IMG/VR virus record: IMGVR_UViG_3300005289_000016
Location: 62,001 to 126,000 of that record
Direction: 5' to 3' (one strand)
DNA length: 64,000 bases
Below the pieces are notes generated by a model. It was not told the DNA's origin. It saw nothing but the letters and a program-made list of their open reading frames with translations, and did not search any database. Made by a program: the position numbers and the translations under genes. The number at the start of each line of letters is the position of its first letter. Position 1 is the stretch's first letter. Of the stretch, positions 32,929 to 42,764 are shown one piece after another.

Positions 32929-34278
32929 ATGAATCGCGAAGAACTGAAGAAACACATCACCAACTTCCGCCTGAACCTGCCACACGGCATGAAGTTCGCT
33001 GTCATCGCACAATCTGCTGCCGTGCTGGAATCATCTAAGGACCTGCACTGCGATTACCTGTACGTCGCCATGGAACGCACTGGCCACTTCTGGGCCCTGC
33101 AAACCTACGGTGATGTGGAAACCCGCATCGAAGGGACGTGGACTGGTAACTCTTGGTTGAAGGTCTATCCATGCTACGACGAGGAACACCTTGTCATGGT
33201 CGATGGCATTCCTTGCCAGTATGTCGGAGAGACCAACCCGTTCATGGACGATCCGATGCTGGAGCGTCCCATCCCGAACATCACCGACTACATGAAGCAC
33301 CCTTCTAAGCAGAGCAGGGCGATACATGAGATGGCGAACATCCTTCGGGAAGGGATGACCGAACGTGATGGTCTTATCGACATCTCGCCAGAGGCCCTTC
33401 AGGCAGCTATGGATGTAGGTATCGACAAGCCGTCAATCCCGGTTGTAGTGACTGGGGCTGAACCGATGATCACTCGCAACACCTTGGAAACGCGTGAGCC
33501 TTTCCTACACAAAGGGATCATCGTTAGTCCTCCACCACTGGTGCTCACCGACAAGAACGTGGACTTCGCTGATGTCTGTGGCGACTACCTCGGTCTAGGT
33601 GGTCTGGTTGACGACATGATGGAAAGTCGTTCGGCAAGTAAGGCTCTTCTTCGGAGTCCTACCTCGCTGAAGGACACGCCACACGGTGAGTTCCAAGCGT
33701 GGCGTCGTCTTCCGTTCAACACGGCGGAGTACCGAGGTCGTTTGGTGCGGTGTTCTGAAGATCAGTTGAAGCTGACTGACGATCTAGAACAGAACCGTCG
33801 TCGTTACAACAGCGCTTCGCTGAAGGTCAAGGTGACCTACAAGCGTCGTCTGGCTGCCTGGGCTCGTGCACTGGATCGGGAGTCGATGACAGCTCAATGC
33901 ACGGTGCTATTAGACATCAACTCTGGCTGGATGACGCGTCGGACCCAAGCCGTCGTGAAAGATGACTCCGGCAATCTGCACGTTGGTTTCACTGGCAGTC
34001 ATCTGCTTCAGCCACCAGGGGGCCACATTGAACCTGAAGATCATACGGTCGATTCGATAGCCACGGCCGGCAGGTTCGGTGCACTCGTTCGCAAGCAATT
34101 GCTCGGTAAGGACTTCCATAAAGGCTACCGCATCCGCGGGCTAGACGAGGAAACAGGCCCGATCAAACAGACCGAAATGGGGGCAGACATCGATGGCGAT
34201 ATGGTAGATGGCGAGTTCTACCTTGACCCTGTCGGTAAAGCCGCTCTTGAGCGTCAGAAGAAGGAGGAAGATAAATGA
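32929..34278 (+). CDS. Hypothetical protein (~449 aa) with a C-terminal ADIDGDM motif
   Basis: AAGGG RBS before ATG 32929. Confidence 0.7.
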   Translation: MNREELKKHITNFRLNLPHGMKFAVIAQSAAVLESSKDLHCDYLYVAMERTGHFWALQTYGDVETRIEGTWTGNSWLKVYPCYDEEHLVMVDGIPCQYVGETNPFMDDPMLERPIPNITDYMKHPSKQSRAIHEMANILREGMTERDGLIDISPEALQAAMDVGIDKPSIPVVVTGAEPMITRNTLETREPFLHKGIIVSPPPLVLTDKNVDFADVCGDYLGLGGLVDDMMESRSASKALLRSPTSLKDTPHGEFQAWRRLPFNTAEYRGRLVRCSEDQLKLTDDLEQNRRRYNSASLKVKVTYKRRLAAWARALDRESMTAQCTVLLDINSGWMTRRTQAVVKDDSGNLHVGFTGSHLLQPPGGHIEPEDHTVDSIATAGRFGALVRKQLLGKDFHKGYRIRGLDEETGPIKQTEMGADIDGDMVDGEFYLDPVGKAALERQKKEEDK

Positions 34279-34505
34279 GTGACGATAAGAATCTTCCCAC
34301 ACGCCTCTCGAGTCCTCAGGCGGATTTCGATGGCGACATGTTGAACGGACTGCCGTTACCTAAGGTGCTCGACCCACGTCGTGAGCGTCAACGGTTCAAC
34401 AACAAGTCCCTCACCGCAAAGAACAAGGTAAGGAGAATCAGGAAGATGTTAAGGTACTCGAAACTCACCAAGAAACAGCGAAGGGAGATGTATCCCGCCA
34501 AGTAA
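34275..34505 (+). CDS. 76-aa basic mini-protein containing ADFDGDMLN
   Basis: AGGAGG RBS; 4-bp overlap with the upstream gene; followed by a hairpin. Confidence 0.7.
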   Translation: MSDDKNLPTRLSSPQADFDGDMLNGLPLPKVLDPRRERQRFNNKSLTAKNKVRRIRKMLRYSKLTKKQRREMYPAK

Positions 34506-34513
34506 ACCTGTGC

Positions 34514-34538
34514 ACTGGGGAGAGCGGTTCTCCCCAGT
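34514..34538 (+). terminator. Hairpin/terminator
   Basis: ACTGGGGAGA/TCTCCCCAGT. Confidence 0.6.
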
Positions 34539-34567
34539 CACCCCCCGTCAAAGCCGACGAACGGTCA

Positions 34568-34595
34568 TTGACATGTAACGGGGAAATGTTACACT
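34568..34595 (+). promoter_or_regulatory. Sigma70-type promoter with an overlapping operator-like palindrome
   Basis: TTGACA-N16-TACACT with an extended -10 TG; TGTAAC-N8-GTTACA inverted repeat at 34574-34593. Confidence 0.6.
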
Positions 34596-34622
34596 ATTAA
34601 TAAGGGCCACACGGAGGACCAC

Positions 34623-34889
34623 ATGAATGTAAACAACAATAAGAGAGGCGTTATGAAGAAAGTAGCAAACTGGATCACGAACCGATTAGACAAATGGTTC
34701 AAGTTCAAAACTGTCAAGCTGTTCAATTTTGAGGCTGAAGACATGAAGGTAGTAGGATACGGATTGATGGCACTGGCTTTTGCAATTGTCGTCAACGCTG
34801 GAGCCAACATCTACGCGGTACATGAAGGGAAGGACATCCACCAGAACTTCGAAGTCAACATCATCAAGAAGGAGGAACCAAAGTCCTGA
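34623..34889 (+). CDS. Small single-pass membrane protein
   Basis: GGAGG RBS; hydrophobic VVGYGLMALAFAIVVNAGANIYAV. Alternative start at ATG 34653. Confidence 0.65.
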   Translation: MNVNNNKRGVMKKVANWITNRLDKWFKFKTVKLFNFEAEDMKVVGYGLMALAFAIVVNAGANIYAVHEGKDIHQNFEVNIIKKEEPKS

Positions 34890-34910
34890 TTACGGACACA
34901 CGAAATAGAA

Positions 34911-34946
34911 CCCAGGCCATGACGGCCCGGGCTTTATTTTTTCTTT
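34911..34946. terminator. Terminator between convergent genes
   Basis: CCCAGGCC/GGCCCGGG plus a long T tract. Confidence 0.65.
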
Positions 34947-34948
34947 GT

Positions 34949-36673
34949 TTACGCAGCTTGACGCAGTTCTTCCTCGAAAGCTTCCAGCAGTTCGAACGGA
35001 TCTGGTGCCTTCATCACATCGGTCATGATCTCGATTGAGTTCACCGGCCCGCCTGTGAGGTTGATACCCACCAGTCGTTGCTTGCTTGCTGTGACCCCCG
35101 CAATCCGACAGACCTCGTACATGGTCGTCATCTTCGACAGGTTCATGATGATCTCGCCGTTCGGATACGTAGACCCGATGTCGGCGTCAGACGTGTACCG
35201 ACGTACGAATGAACGTACGCTTGGCAGGTCTTTGATCATGAACACGCCATTCGCTTCCACCAAACTGGTTGGCAGCGTAATGATCCAGTCTTCCTTCCCG
35301 AGCAGCAGACGATCCAACTCGTCTTCCATCCGGTCCGAGAGCGTGCCCGTCATCATTCCGTCTTTGAGCATGTCAAAGTAGAAGTCGTTGACGTTACGTT
35401 TCGGGTTGGAGTTGAAGATGCTGTATTCCGACGACCCGGACAAGATACCGATCTGGGTGTTCAGGTCAGTAACTTTCTCATCCAGTAGCTCTACACCCAA
35501 GCAGTCGTAAACGTTATACACGACGTACGGGATCTTGAAGTGCTTCTGCATCTGCATGTGCCATTCGACACTACCCGGGTGAGCACTGGAGTCCCCAGTC
35601 GGGAAGTACAGCTTGCCGAAGTCCTCACCGAGGTTCTTCTTCAAGATCTTGTCGAGGGCGTAGCTTGGCTCCTTACCCTTGGCCCGACGGATGTTCCGAT
35701 AAACAGCCGCACTGTCGATCCAGAAGTGACTGGATGGAGTGGTCACGGTGTGCCAACGATCGTACCATGCCAAGTTCTCAGACTTACCGTCAGCCTTGAC
35801 CTTCTGATCAGGACCACGCTTGTACTTGAAGTACTTGTACTCCTTCGGCACTTCCGGAGCACTGAAGACTTCAGCGAGGTTGTAGCCCTCGTTCTCCAGA
35901 GCACGGATCATTACGGTCATGTCGAAGTCCATGTTCCAGAAGGACACGAAGTCCGGCATCCAGTCATGGCACTTGTCGACACACTCCTTGACCATGGCCC
36001 CAGGGGACTTCATGATCTTGATCTCGAACTCAATCCCACGCGGCTTGACGATATGGCCCAAGTGCGTGTTCAGGGCTTCCTTGATCTGGTTGATCGCATC
36101 GGGAATGCCTTCGATCCATGTGTCGAGGATCGTCACAATCGCCTTGTTCTTGAACGTCACCGTGGAGATGATGATGTCCTTACCGTCACCGTTCCACATG
36201 TCGGTCTCGGTATCGAGTACAGCGACTTGGTTGGCATAGAACAGACCAGGCCACTTCTCTTGGTACTGGCGTTTCAGCAGAGTGGCTGGGGCAATGTCTG
36301 CCCCGTAGATGTACTGGTTACGGCATAAGGTGCGTAACTGCTGCTTGGGGTTGCCGTACCCCATACGACGGACGATCTGGTTGTTGAGGTCTCGCTGAGT
36401 GGTCTCGCAGAGGATCAGCTTATCGAGGTCCTCTACTTCTTTTTTGTCTTTGTGGTTACGGTATTTTTCTTTTGTGATGCCGAATGGACGCTTGCGGTTA
36501 GGGTAGAACCGAAGTCGTGGCACACGAGTCCCGTCTTTCAGCCATACCAGCTCCTTTACTGTCAGGAGGTCATCGGTATCGTTGAGCTGATGTTCGGTGT
36601 AGATCGCGTGCTTGCACTCAAGACCTAATACGTCCTCTTTGTTGAACAGAGGAGCTTTCTTCACAGCTGTCAT
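34949..36673 (-). CDS. Split family-B DNA polymerase, 3'-5' exonuclease subunit including palm motif A (phiKZ gp82-like)
   Basis: ExoI VLDTETD, ExoII FWNMDFD, ExoIII YNVYDC; C-terminal DADIGSTYPNGEIIMNLS resembles PolB motif A. Confidence 0.85.
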   Translation of the reverse strand: MTAVKKAPLFNKEDVLGLECKHAIYTEHQLNDTDDLLTVKELVWLKDGTRVPRLRFYPNRKRPFGITKEKYRNHKDKKEVEDLDKLILCETTQRDLNNQIVRRMGYGNPKQQLRTLCRNQYIYGADIAPATLLKRQYQEKWPGLFYANQVAVLDTETDMWNGDGKDIIISTVTFKNKAIVTILDTWIEGIPDAINQIKEALNTHLGHIVKPRGIEFEIKIMKSPGAMVKECVDKCHDWMPDFVSFWNMDFDMTVMIRALENEGYNLAEVFSAPEVPKEYKYFKYKRGPDQKVKADGKSENLAWYDRWHTVTTPSSHFWIDSAAVYRNIRRAKGKEPSYALDKILKKNLGEDFGKLYFPTGDSSAHPGSVEWHMQMQKHFKIPYVVYNVYDCLGVELLDEKVTDLNTQIGILSGSSEYSIFNSNPKRNVNDFYFDMLKDGMMTGTLSDRMEDELDRLLLGKEDWIITLPTSLVEANGVFMIKDLPSVRSFVRRYTSDADIGSTYPNGEIIMNLSKMTTMYEVCRIAGVTASKQRLVGINLTGGPVNSIEIMTDVMKAPDPFELLEAFEEELRQAA

Positions 36674-36791
36674 GAGCTAATCCTGAAATCTGTTGGTGGG
36701 TATATACAAATCAATACCGAGTCTTTGTAAGAAATAACGCCAATCTCTATGATTGGGTACCTACGCCAAGCCACCTTCACGAGACTCTGTC

Positions 36792-38108
36792 ATGAATCCA
36801 GCCCTCATTGCCTCGATGGAAGCAATTGACTTCCAACGCGACTCCACTCTTCTCAAAGAGATGGCGTTCCAGATGGATGCCTGCCTCCGCGATCCGTCGA
36901 AAGACACCTTCAACAAAGCCAGTGCGGCTCTGCATGACATTGCACAGAAAGCCACTGGCATGAACTTCCGTTTCAACTTCGCACGACTGGGCGGTCCTAA
37001 CGCCTTCGTTCTGCCACCGCAGGCTGACATCGCCAACCCGATGCGTCCTGATGAGATCGCCACCAAGGTTAAACGCTTTGGTCGTCCGATGTCCGAACAG
37101 GAACTCTTCAAGGGTACTGTGGACATCAAGACCGGCAAGGTCTCTGGCATCTACTGCGAAATCCCGATCGACATCTTCATCGCTACCGAGTTCTTCACTG
37201 ACCGTAGCATGGTAGGTATCCAAGGCATTCACATTGCGGCCATTGGTTGCCACGAGATGGGCCATGGCTTCACCTACCTGCGTTACCTCGGTCGCATGGT
37301 CATGTCCAACGTCGTGGTCTCCGAGATCACCCGCCGTCAGCACGAAGGTGCCGATGACAAGATCATTCAGGAAGTGGTCAAGGTCGCTGAGCAACGTACT
37401 GGCTGGCGTCTGCGTGATCTGGGCGAGATCAACGGTTCCACCGACCCACTGCTGATCCAGCAAGTGGTCATGGCCGGCATGGTTGAGAGCATCCGTTCTG
37501 AACTGGGCACCAAGTTCTACGACCTGCGTGCATTTGAGTTCTCCTCGGACCAGTTCGTGGCCCGTCATGGCGGTGCTCAGTACATCGTGGAAGCACTGGA
37601 CTACATGTACAAGTCCTTCCCGGCGTACTTCAAGGAATATCGTGGTCGCAAAGCCAACATCATGGCCTCCATCACCGGCTACGGCATTGCCATGCTGGGT
37701 GCGTTGGGCGTGGTAGGTGGGGTCATGACTGGCCTGATCCCCATCGCAGTCATCGGTATCTTCATGGTCTTCATGACCCTGTTCAGCGGCAGTGATGACG
37801 GCGTCTATGACCCGATCCCGAAACGTTACGAAGCCATGCGTCGTGAGCTGATCGCCTCTTCCAAGGAAGCGTACCTCTCGGTCAAGCAGCGTCAAGAGAT
37901 CATCAACCAGATTCAGGCCATCGACCAGATCCTGTCCGAAATCACCCGCAACTCCAAGGGGTACTTCGGTCCTGATGTGATCGTCGAGTACATCGCCGGT
38001 ATCTTCTCGGGCAAACCGGCAGAACAGAAGTTCCAACGCATGTTGGAAAACCTGGTCAACAACCGCCTGTTCGAACTCTCCAACCAACTTCAAGCCAAGA
38101 CGGTGTAA
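36792..38108 (+). CDS. Virion head protein with an HExxH zincin-like motif
   Basis: N-terminal SMEAIDFQ processing site; CHEMGH; C-terminal hydrophobic segment. Confidence 0.7.
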   Translation: MNPALIASMEAIDFQRDSTLLKEMAFQMDACLRDPSKDTFNKASAALHDIAQKATGMNFRFNFARLGGPNAFVLPPQADIANPMRPDEIATKVKRFGRPMSEQELFKGTVDIKTGKVSGIYCEIPIDIFIATEFFTDRSMVGIQGIHIAAIGCHEMGHGFTYLRYLGRMVMSNVVVSEITRRQHEGADDKIIQEVVKVAEQRTGWRLRDLGEINGSTDPLLIQQVVMAGMVESIRSELGTKFYDLRAFEFSSDQFVARHGGAQYIVEALDYMYKSFPAYFKEYRGRKANIMASITGYGIAMLGALGVVGGVMTGLIPIAVIGIFMVFMTLFSGSDDGVYDPIPKRYEAMRRELIASSKEAYLSVKQRQEIINQIQAIDQILSEITRNSKGYFGPDVIVEYIAGIFSGKPAEQKFQRMLENLVNNRLFELSNQLQAKTV

Positions 38109-38110
38109 GC

Positions 38111-38545
38111 ATGAACATCATTCGCCTCAATGAACTCCTCGGGGCCGTTGCGAACCCTGCGGAACGCAAACCCTTCCTGGAAACTGCTCTGGCTGTCGAG
38201 CTGGGCTACAGCTTCCCACTGCCATCCTCCAAGGTCGACTCGGTCGTGGTTCACTTCGAGCAGTTCCATGCCGACGTGACCAAAGAAGTCATCGGTCGCC
38301 TCAACGAGATGTACCCGTTCTCCGTGAACGTGACCTACAACATGGTCGTGGACATCTACAAGAACCGCTACGTGCTTTGCCACGAGCCTCGCCTGCTGAC
38401 CGTCGAAGACATCTGCGCACAACTGCGCCGTTCGGCCTTCGAAGCTTCGGTTGATGAAGTGCATGCCAACGTCCTCAACAACAGTGTTGGTGGCCTGATG
38501 CGCAGCGACCTGAGCGACTACATCCGTCGTTTCATCGTGGCCTGA
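38111..38545 (+). CDS. Probable virion protein
   Basis: Operon-coupled within the structural cluster. Confidence 0.6.
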   Translation: MNIIRLNELLGAVANPAERKPFLETALAVELGYSFPLPSSKVDSVVVHFEQFHADVTKEVIGRLNEMYPFSVNVTYNMVVDIYKNRYVLCHEPRLLTVEDICAQLRRSAFEASVDEVHANVLNNSVGGLMRSDLSDYIRRFIVA

Positions 38546-38551
38546 CACCAC

Positions 38552-38575
38552 CGAGAGGGGCTGCGGCTCCTCTCG
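38552..38575 (+). terminator. Hairpin followed by TATG
   Basis: CGAGAGGGGC/GCTCCTCTCG, TATG at 38579. Confidence 0.6.
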
Positions 38576-38593
38576 CTTTATGAGGATAACCTA

Positions 38594-39787
38594 ATGCCAA
38601 TGATTTCCGAATCCGGTGCGATCAGGGACATCAATGAACTCGCGGCTGCTTTGGAACTGACTCCACAAGTAACCGAAGAGATCAATGCCCTCTCGCTCGA
38701 GCAGATCTTTGACGAAGTCGACAAGTTCGTGGTGGATCAGAACCTGAGCGATGAAGACGCCGTCATCCTCACTCCGGCACTTGAAAGCCTGCGTCATGTC
38801 TACCACAGCGTGCGTGACTCCGGTCACATCTCGCGGGCTGACGCTCAGGTATTGATGGGTATGACGACGTCGCTGGAGAACTTCCGCGATCCGTTTGAAA
38901 CCATGCCTGCCAACAGCTTTACCGAGCTGCCGTCCAAGGTCAACTACACTCCGGCAATGGAAGGCATTCTGTCGTCTATCCTGCGCAAGATCTGGGAAGC
39001 CATCAAGGCGTTCGTTGCCAAGATCAAGGGTTACTACTCTGGGTCGGCCATGATGGAAACCCGCAGTGCGGTCATGGAACAGAAGGTCGAAACCGAACTG
39101 GCCAAACGGGTCATCAAGGTCGACTTCAAGAAAGTGGAGAAGGTTACGGCCCTCCCACAAGTCGATACCAAGGTCTGGAAGGACGTCAATGCCTTCTTCG
39201 ACACTGCGATCAAAGACAACCGTCTGGTCACCGTGGTGTACGCCTACGAACCATTCCTGAACTCTGCCTTGCAGAACATGGACGGTGCTCTGGCTGCTCT
39301 GTTCGATGCGAACTCCAAAGTCGCTGCTATGTTCTCGGTCGAGTTCGGCCCTGTAGAACCAAGCTGGGACCAATGGAACATCGCTGTACGGCAGATGCTT
39401 GACATCATCAAGCACTTCAATACCCTGAAAGCAACGCCTGTCAAATACAGCGTTTCTGACATGCCTACCGTGCTGCGTCAGGTTGACACTGCTGCTCAGC
39501 AGACCAAGAAGTTCGGTGTGCTGCGTATCTTTGCCCTGTGGAAGAAAGTCTGGGCGAAGTTCAATGCTGAACAACGTGAATACAACCAACAGTACCGCGA
39601 AGCCGAAGAAGCCGGCAATGAAGAGAAGGCCAACCAGTTGCTCGATTTCATCAGCAGCCGGTACTCCATCTCCCATGCGCTGGCCAACTTCAACACCATT
39701 CGTAACCTGATGGCCGGCGTCAAGCTGGACATGGCTCGTCTGGTCGATGGCGTGGAAACGCAAGTGGATGAGCTGCTCGCAGCATAA
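38594..39787 (+). CDS. Internal head protein (processed paralog family)
   Basis: Acidic propeptide with SLE/ALE/AME sites, then SILRKIWEAIKAF, shared with the paralogs at 46936-51058. Confidence 0.7.
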   Translation: MPMISESGAIRDINELAAALELTPQVTEEINALSLEQIFDEVDKFVVDQNLSDEDAVILTPALESLRHVYHSVRDSGHISRADAQVLMGMTTSLENFRDPFETMPANSFTELPSKVNYTPAMEGILSSILRKIWEAIKAFVAKIKGYYSGSAMMETRSAVMEQKVETELAKRVIKVDFKKVEKVTALPQVDTKVWKDVNAFFDTAIKDNRLVTVVYAYEPFLNSALQNMDGALAALFDANSKVAAMFSVEFGPVEPSWDQWNIAVRQMLDIIKHFNTLKATPVKYSVSDMPTVLRQVDTAAQQTKKFGVLRIFALWKKVWAKFNAEQREYNQQYREAEEAGNEEKANQLLDFISSRYSISHALANFNTIRNLMAGVKLDMARLVDGVETQVDELLAA

Positions 39788-39794
39788 GGCCCAA

Positions 39795-39828
39795 CATAGA
39801 GCGCAGGGCAATTGCCCTGCGCTCTATG
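39795..39828. terminator. Perfect 34-bp palindrome between convergent genes with TATG on both strands
   Basis: CATAGAGCGCAGGGCAATTGCCCTGCGCTCTATG. Confidence 0.75.
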
Positions 39829-39831
39829 CCG

Positions 39832-42753
39832 TTACGCCGAGTGTTTCACGAACTGGATCTCGATGCTGTCAGCCACACCGAAGGTGGCGTTAGGCAGGGT
39901 CACCAGCTTCTTGCCAATGCACAGACGAGACGATTCATCTGCCATGGTGATCACACTGAAGTTGCGAGATGCACCGAGACCTGAGATGGATACGCCGGTC
40001 ACGTCATCGCCCATCGTGGTCTTCAGAAGGTTCTCAAGGCCGTTACGGGTCACTTGAAGTTCCTTGAAGGCTGCGGTAAGGGTCTTACGTGTCGCCTTAC
40101 GGATCTCTTCCTGGAGGGCCAAGTCCTTATGGACCGTGTCGGATACAAAGTACTCGACGTACAGGTGTTGAGCCGCTTGCATGTTGACTGCCAGACTGTC
40201 ATCCACGATAGCACTGATCAGACCCACCGTCGATTTCGGATGGAACCACAGTTTGGTCTTCTCCAGCAATTTCTTGCGGGTTGGGGCCAAGGTGATGTTG
40301 ACCCATTCCACGATCTGGTTAGGGACCGTGTCGCGGTAGTTGACATCCGTGGTGTTGGTCACGAAGTAGTAGGCACCGTCAAACAAGCACAGCTCTACTT
40401 GACGCAGGACCGAACGAGGAGACGAGACGATCGGTTCACCGTTTTGGTAAATGATCGAGTTGGCAGCATGAAGGATCTCAGGTCTGCCGGTCTCTTCATT
40501 GATCTTGACGTCGCCCACGCGGTGCTTGTACACCACGTACGGACGGTTCTGAGCATCGTAGGCAATCTTCACTGCCCCAGTGTCAGTCTTTTCAGGTACG
40601 TCAGAGGCCCACAGTTCGTAGACATCGTCTTCGTAGCGCAGGTATTGCTCTTCACCCACAGTCGAGCGTGCACGTGCCCACAGACCGTCGAGGACAGCGC
40701 CCAGCACGATAGTGACCTGCTCATGGTACAGGCCCATGACGGCTTCTTCGTACTTGAACTTGCCCATCAGCTGATCGATGGTGGTGTACTCGCCTGGAAT
40801 GACCAGATCCTGCAACACACCGAAGAAGATGTCGAACACGGTGGTCATGGCTGCTGGGTATGCATGCGGTGAAATCTGATCCGCTTCAAACCCATTCAGG
40901 TAGACGTTGTGCTCAGGGTCTACGTCCCAGTTCGATTCAAACTCGAACTCGAAGATCCATTCCTTGGTCTGTGGATCACGGCCCATCAAGGTACCGTTCA
41001 GGTAGACGCGTGTCACTTCACCTGGTGGAATGTACGCCAACTGAGCCACCAGCACTTCATCGTCCATTTCTTTCAACGTGTCAGTGCTGTCGGTCATCAC
41101 CTGCAACTTCCAGCCCTTTTCAGTGCGCATGAAGTTGTGGTTGTTGGAGTTCACCCCGATGCCCATGGTGCCGTTGTCTTCCACAAAGAAGCGACGGGTC
41201 AACTGTGGGTTACCGAAGTAGTACGGACGCACTTCCAGAACGTTGTCAGAGACGTCGTAGACGTAATGGAACGGCGTGTAGAAGTAATCCCCGCCTGTGA
41301 TGCGTTCGACCAGCACATCAGGCGTCAGGGCCTTCAGAGCGTCACGGTCTTCGTTGTCCACCACCGACAGGTAACCGCCTTCATCCTTGTACAGCGTGCT
41401 TGGTAGGATGGTGATCCGCTGACCGTTGTCCATCACGTCGGCCGTGGCCAAGATCTGGTCCATGGTCTTGCTCAAAGTCACGACGTTGGCACCCATCCCG
41501 GTCGACACTTCCTTGATGTCAGGGGCTGGCAGTTCACGCGACGCAGCGTACAGACGGTTGGTCACGTTGTCGATGTCAGTAACGCAACTGAAACCGGCAT
41601 CGGTCAGCAGGTCCAGTTGAGTCTGAATCTGGACGTTGGTGATCGGTACGTCGATACGACCCAGTGCGTTGTTGATGACACGCTCTTTCAGCTTCTCGAA
41701 GCTCAGGGCATTGGAACCGCCCGTTGCAGGAGCCGAGGCCATGAAGTAACCACTGACCAACTTCTGGATCGGCGAGGTGTACTTGCCGTTGTCATCGTTG
41801 TCGTAGTCATTATAGACCGCTTTGAACATGTCAGAGCTGTAACCCTGAACAGCCAACTCCAACGCACCCCGAGTGGTGTACACGTCAACACGCAGCGTCC
41901 GGTTCATTTGACCGGTGCTGTAGTAGACTTGCGGGATGGAGACGTTCAGTTGGTTGTTGTCGAGGACCTTGAGCACGGCAGTTGGGGTCAGGGGATCGTA
42001 CACCTGATCGCTGTGCGTGGTCTTGATCTCTTTCCAGCCACCGTTGCCATCACTCATGTAGACCCGGCAGAAGTAGTACTGGTCAGCGTAAGGGTAGGTC
42101 TTGTTGAAGACCCGCGAAGCCGTCAGAGGAGCCGTGTAGCTCTTCATCTCGAACTGTTGCACCGGGACTTCCAGTTGGATGTATTCCTCGTGGCCGATGT
42201 TGTAGTTCTCGATGGTCGACTTGACCTTGTTGGATTCCAACGCCATCAGTGGCGAAGGCTTCCCGTTGTCGTAAACGATCTGCAAACCGCCGTGAGGCAG
42301 CACACGCAGTTCGATCGGGTACTGCAACGTGAACGGTACATCGCCAGCCAGGATCTTGGTGTGACGCGGGATCACCAGCTTACGCATCCCAGCTTCACCC
42401 GTAGCCACAGCCTTCTCCAAGATCTCGTCCTTATGGTAGACGAGTAGGAGTGTGGTCTGAGAAGCACCAGAGAACACGTTGATGTAATCCACGTCGCTCA
42501 TGTGGTGATACAGGTCAGAACGGGTCTGAGCCAGCTCTGGGTATTGCAGACGGTTGAGGAACTCGTCCTTACGTGCCCCGTTAGCAAACAGGGTCGAGGC
42601 AAATTCCATCAAGTACACCATGGCGTTACTGGCGTCAACGATCTCGACTTCGCCATTACGGACGCGTTCGAGGTATTCGATGCCAGCACGTTGTACAGCC
42701 ATTGGATTGAGCTTGGCCAGCTCAATCATGGTATTCAGGTCGGACCTGGACAT
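39832..42753 (-). CDS. Large virion structural protein, baseplate-wedge-like (phiKZ gp87-like)
   Basis: 973 aa; APATGGSNALSFEKLKERVINNA resembles baseplate J/wedge motifs; synteny. Confidence 0.65.
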   Translation of the reverse strand: MSRSDLNTMIELAKLNPMAVQRAGIEYLERVRNGEVEIVDASNAMVYLMEFASTLFANGARKDEFLNRLQYPELAQTRSDLYHHMSDVDYINVFSGASQTTLLLVYHKDEILEKAVATGEAGMRKLVIPRHTKILAGDVPFTLQYPIELRVLPHGGLQIVYDNGKPSPLMALESNKVKSTIENYNIGHEEYIQLEVPVQQFEMKSYTAPLTASRVFNKTYPYADQYYFCRVYMSDGNGGWKEIKTTHSDQVYDPLTPTAVLKVLDNNQLNVSIPQVYYSTGQMNRTLRVDVYTTRGALELAVQGYSSDMFKAVYNDYDNDDNGKYTSPIQKLVSGYFMASAPATGGSNALSFEKLKERVINNALGRIDVPITNVQIQTQLDLLTDAGFSCVTDIDNVTNRLYAASRELPAPDIKEVSTGMGANVVTLSKTMDQILATADVMDNGQRITILPSTLYKDEGGYLSVVDNEDRDALKALTPDVLVERITGGDYFYTPFHYVYDVSDNVLEVRPYYFGNPQLTRRFFVEDNGTMGIGVNSNNHNFMRTEKGWKLQVMTDSTDTLKEMDDEVLVAQLAYIPPGEVTRVYLNGTLMGRDPQTKEWIFEFEFESNWDVDPEHNVYLNGFEADQISPHAYPAAMTTVFDIFFGVLQDLVIPGEYTTIDQLMGKFKYEEAVMGLYHEQVTIVLGAVLDGLWARARSTVGEEQYLRYEDDVYELWASDVPEKTDTGAVKIAYDAQNRPYVVYKHRVGDVKINEETGRPEILHAANSIIYQNGEPIVSSPRSVLRQVELCLFDGAYYFVTNTTDVNYRDTVPNQIVEWVNITLAPTRKKLLEKTKLWFHPKSTVGLISAIVDDSLAVNMQAAQHLYVEYFVSDTVHKDLALQEEIRKATRKTLTAAFKELQVTRNGLENLLKTTMGDDVTGVSISGLGASRNFSVITMADESSRLCIGKKLVTLPNATFGVADSIEIQFVKHSA

Positions 42754-42764
42754 TGATTACTCCG

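Noticed and set aside
34949-36673. Truncated DNA polymerase pseudogene
   Set aside because: A split PolB (exonuclease plus motif A here, the rest encoded elsewhere) is normal for phiKZ-like phages.
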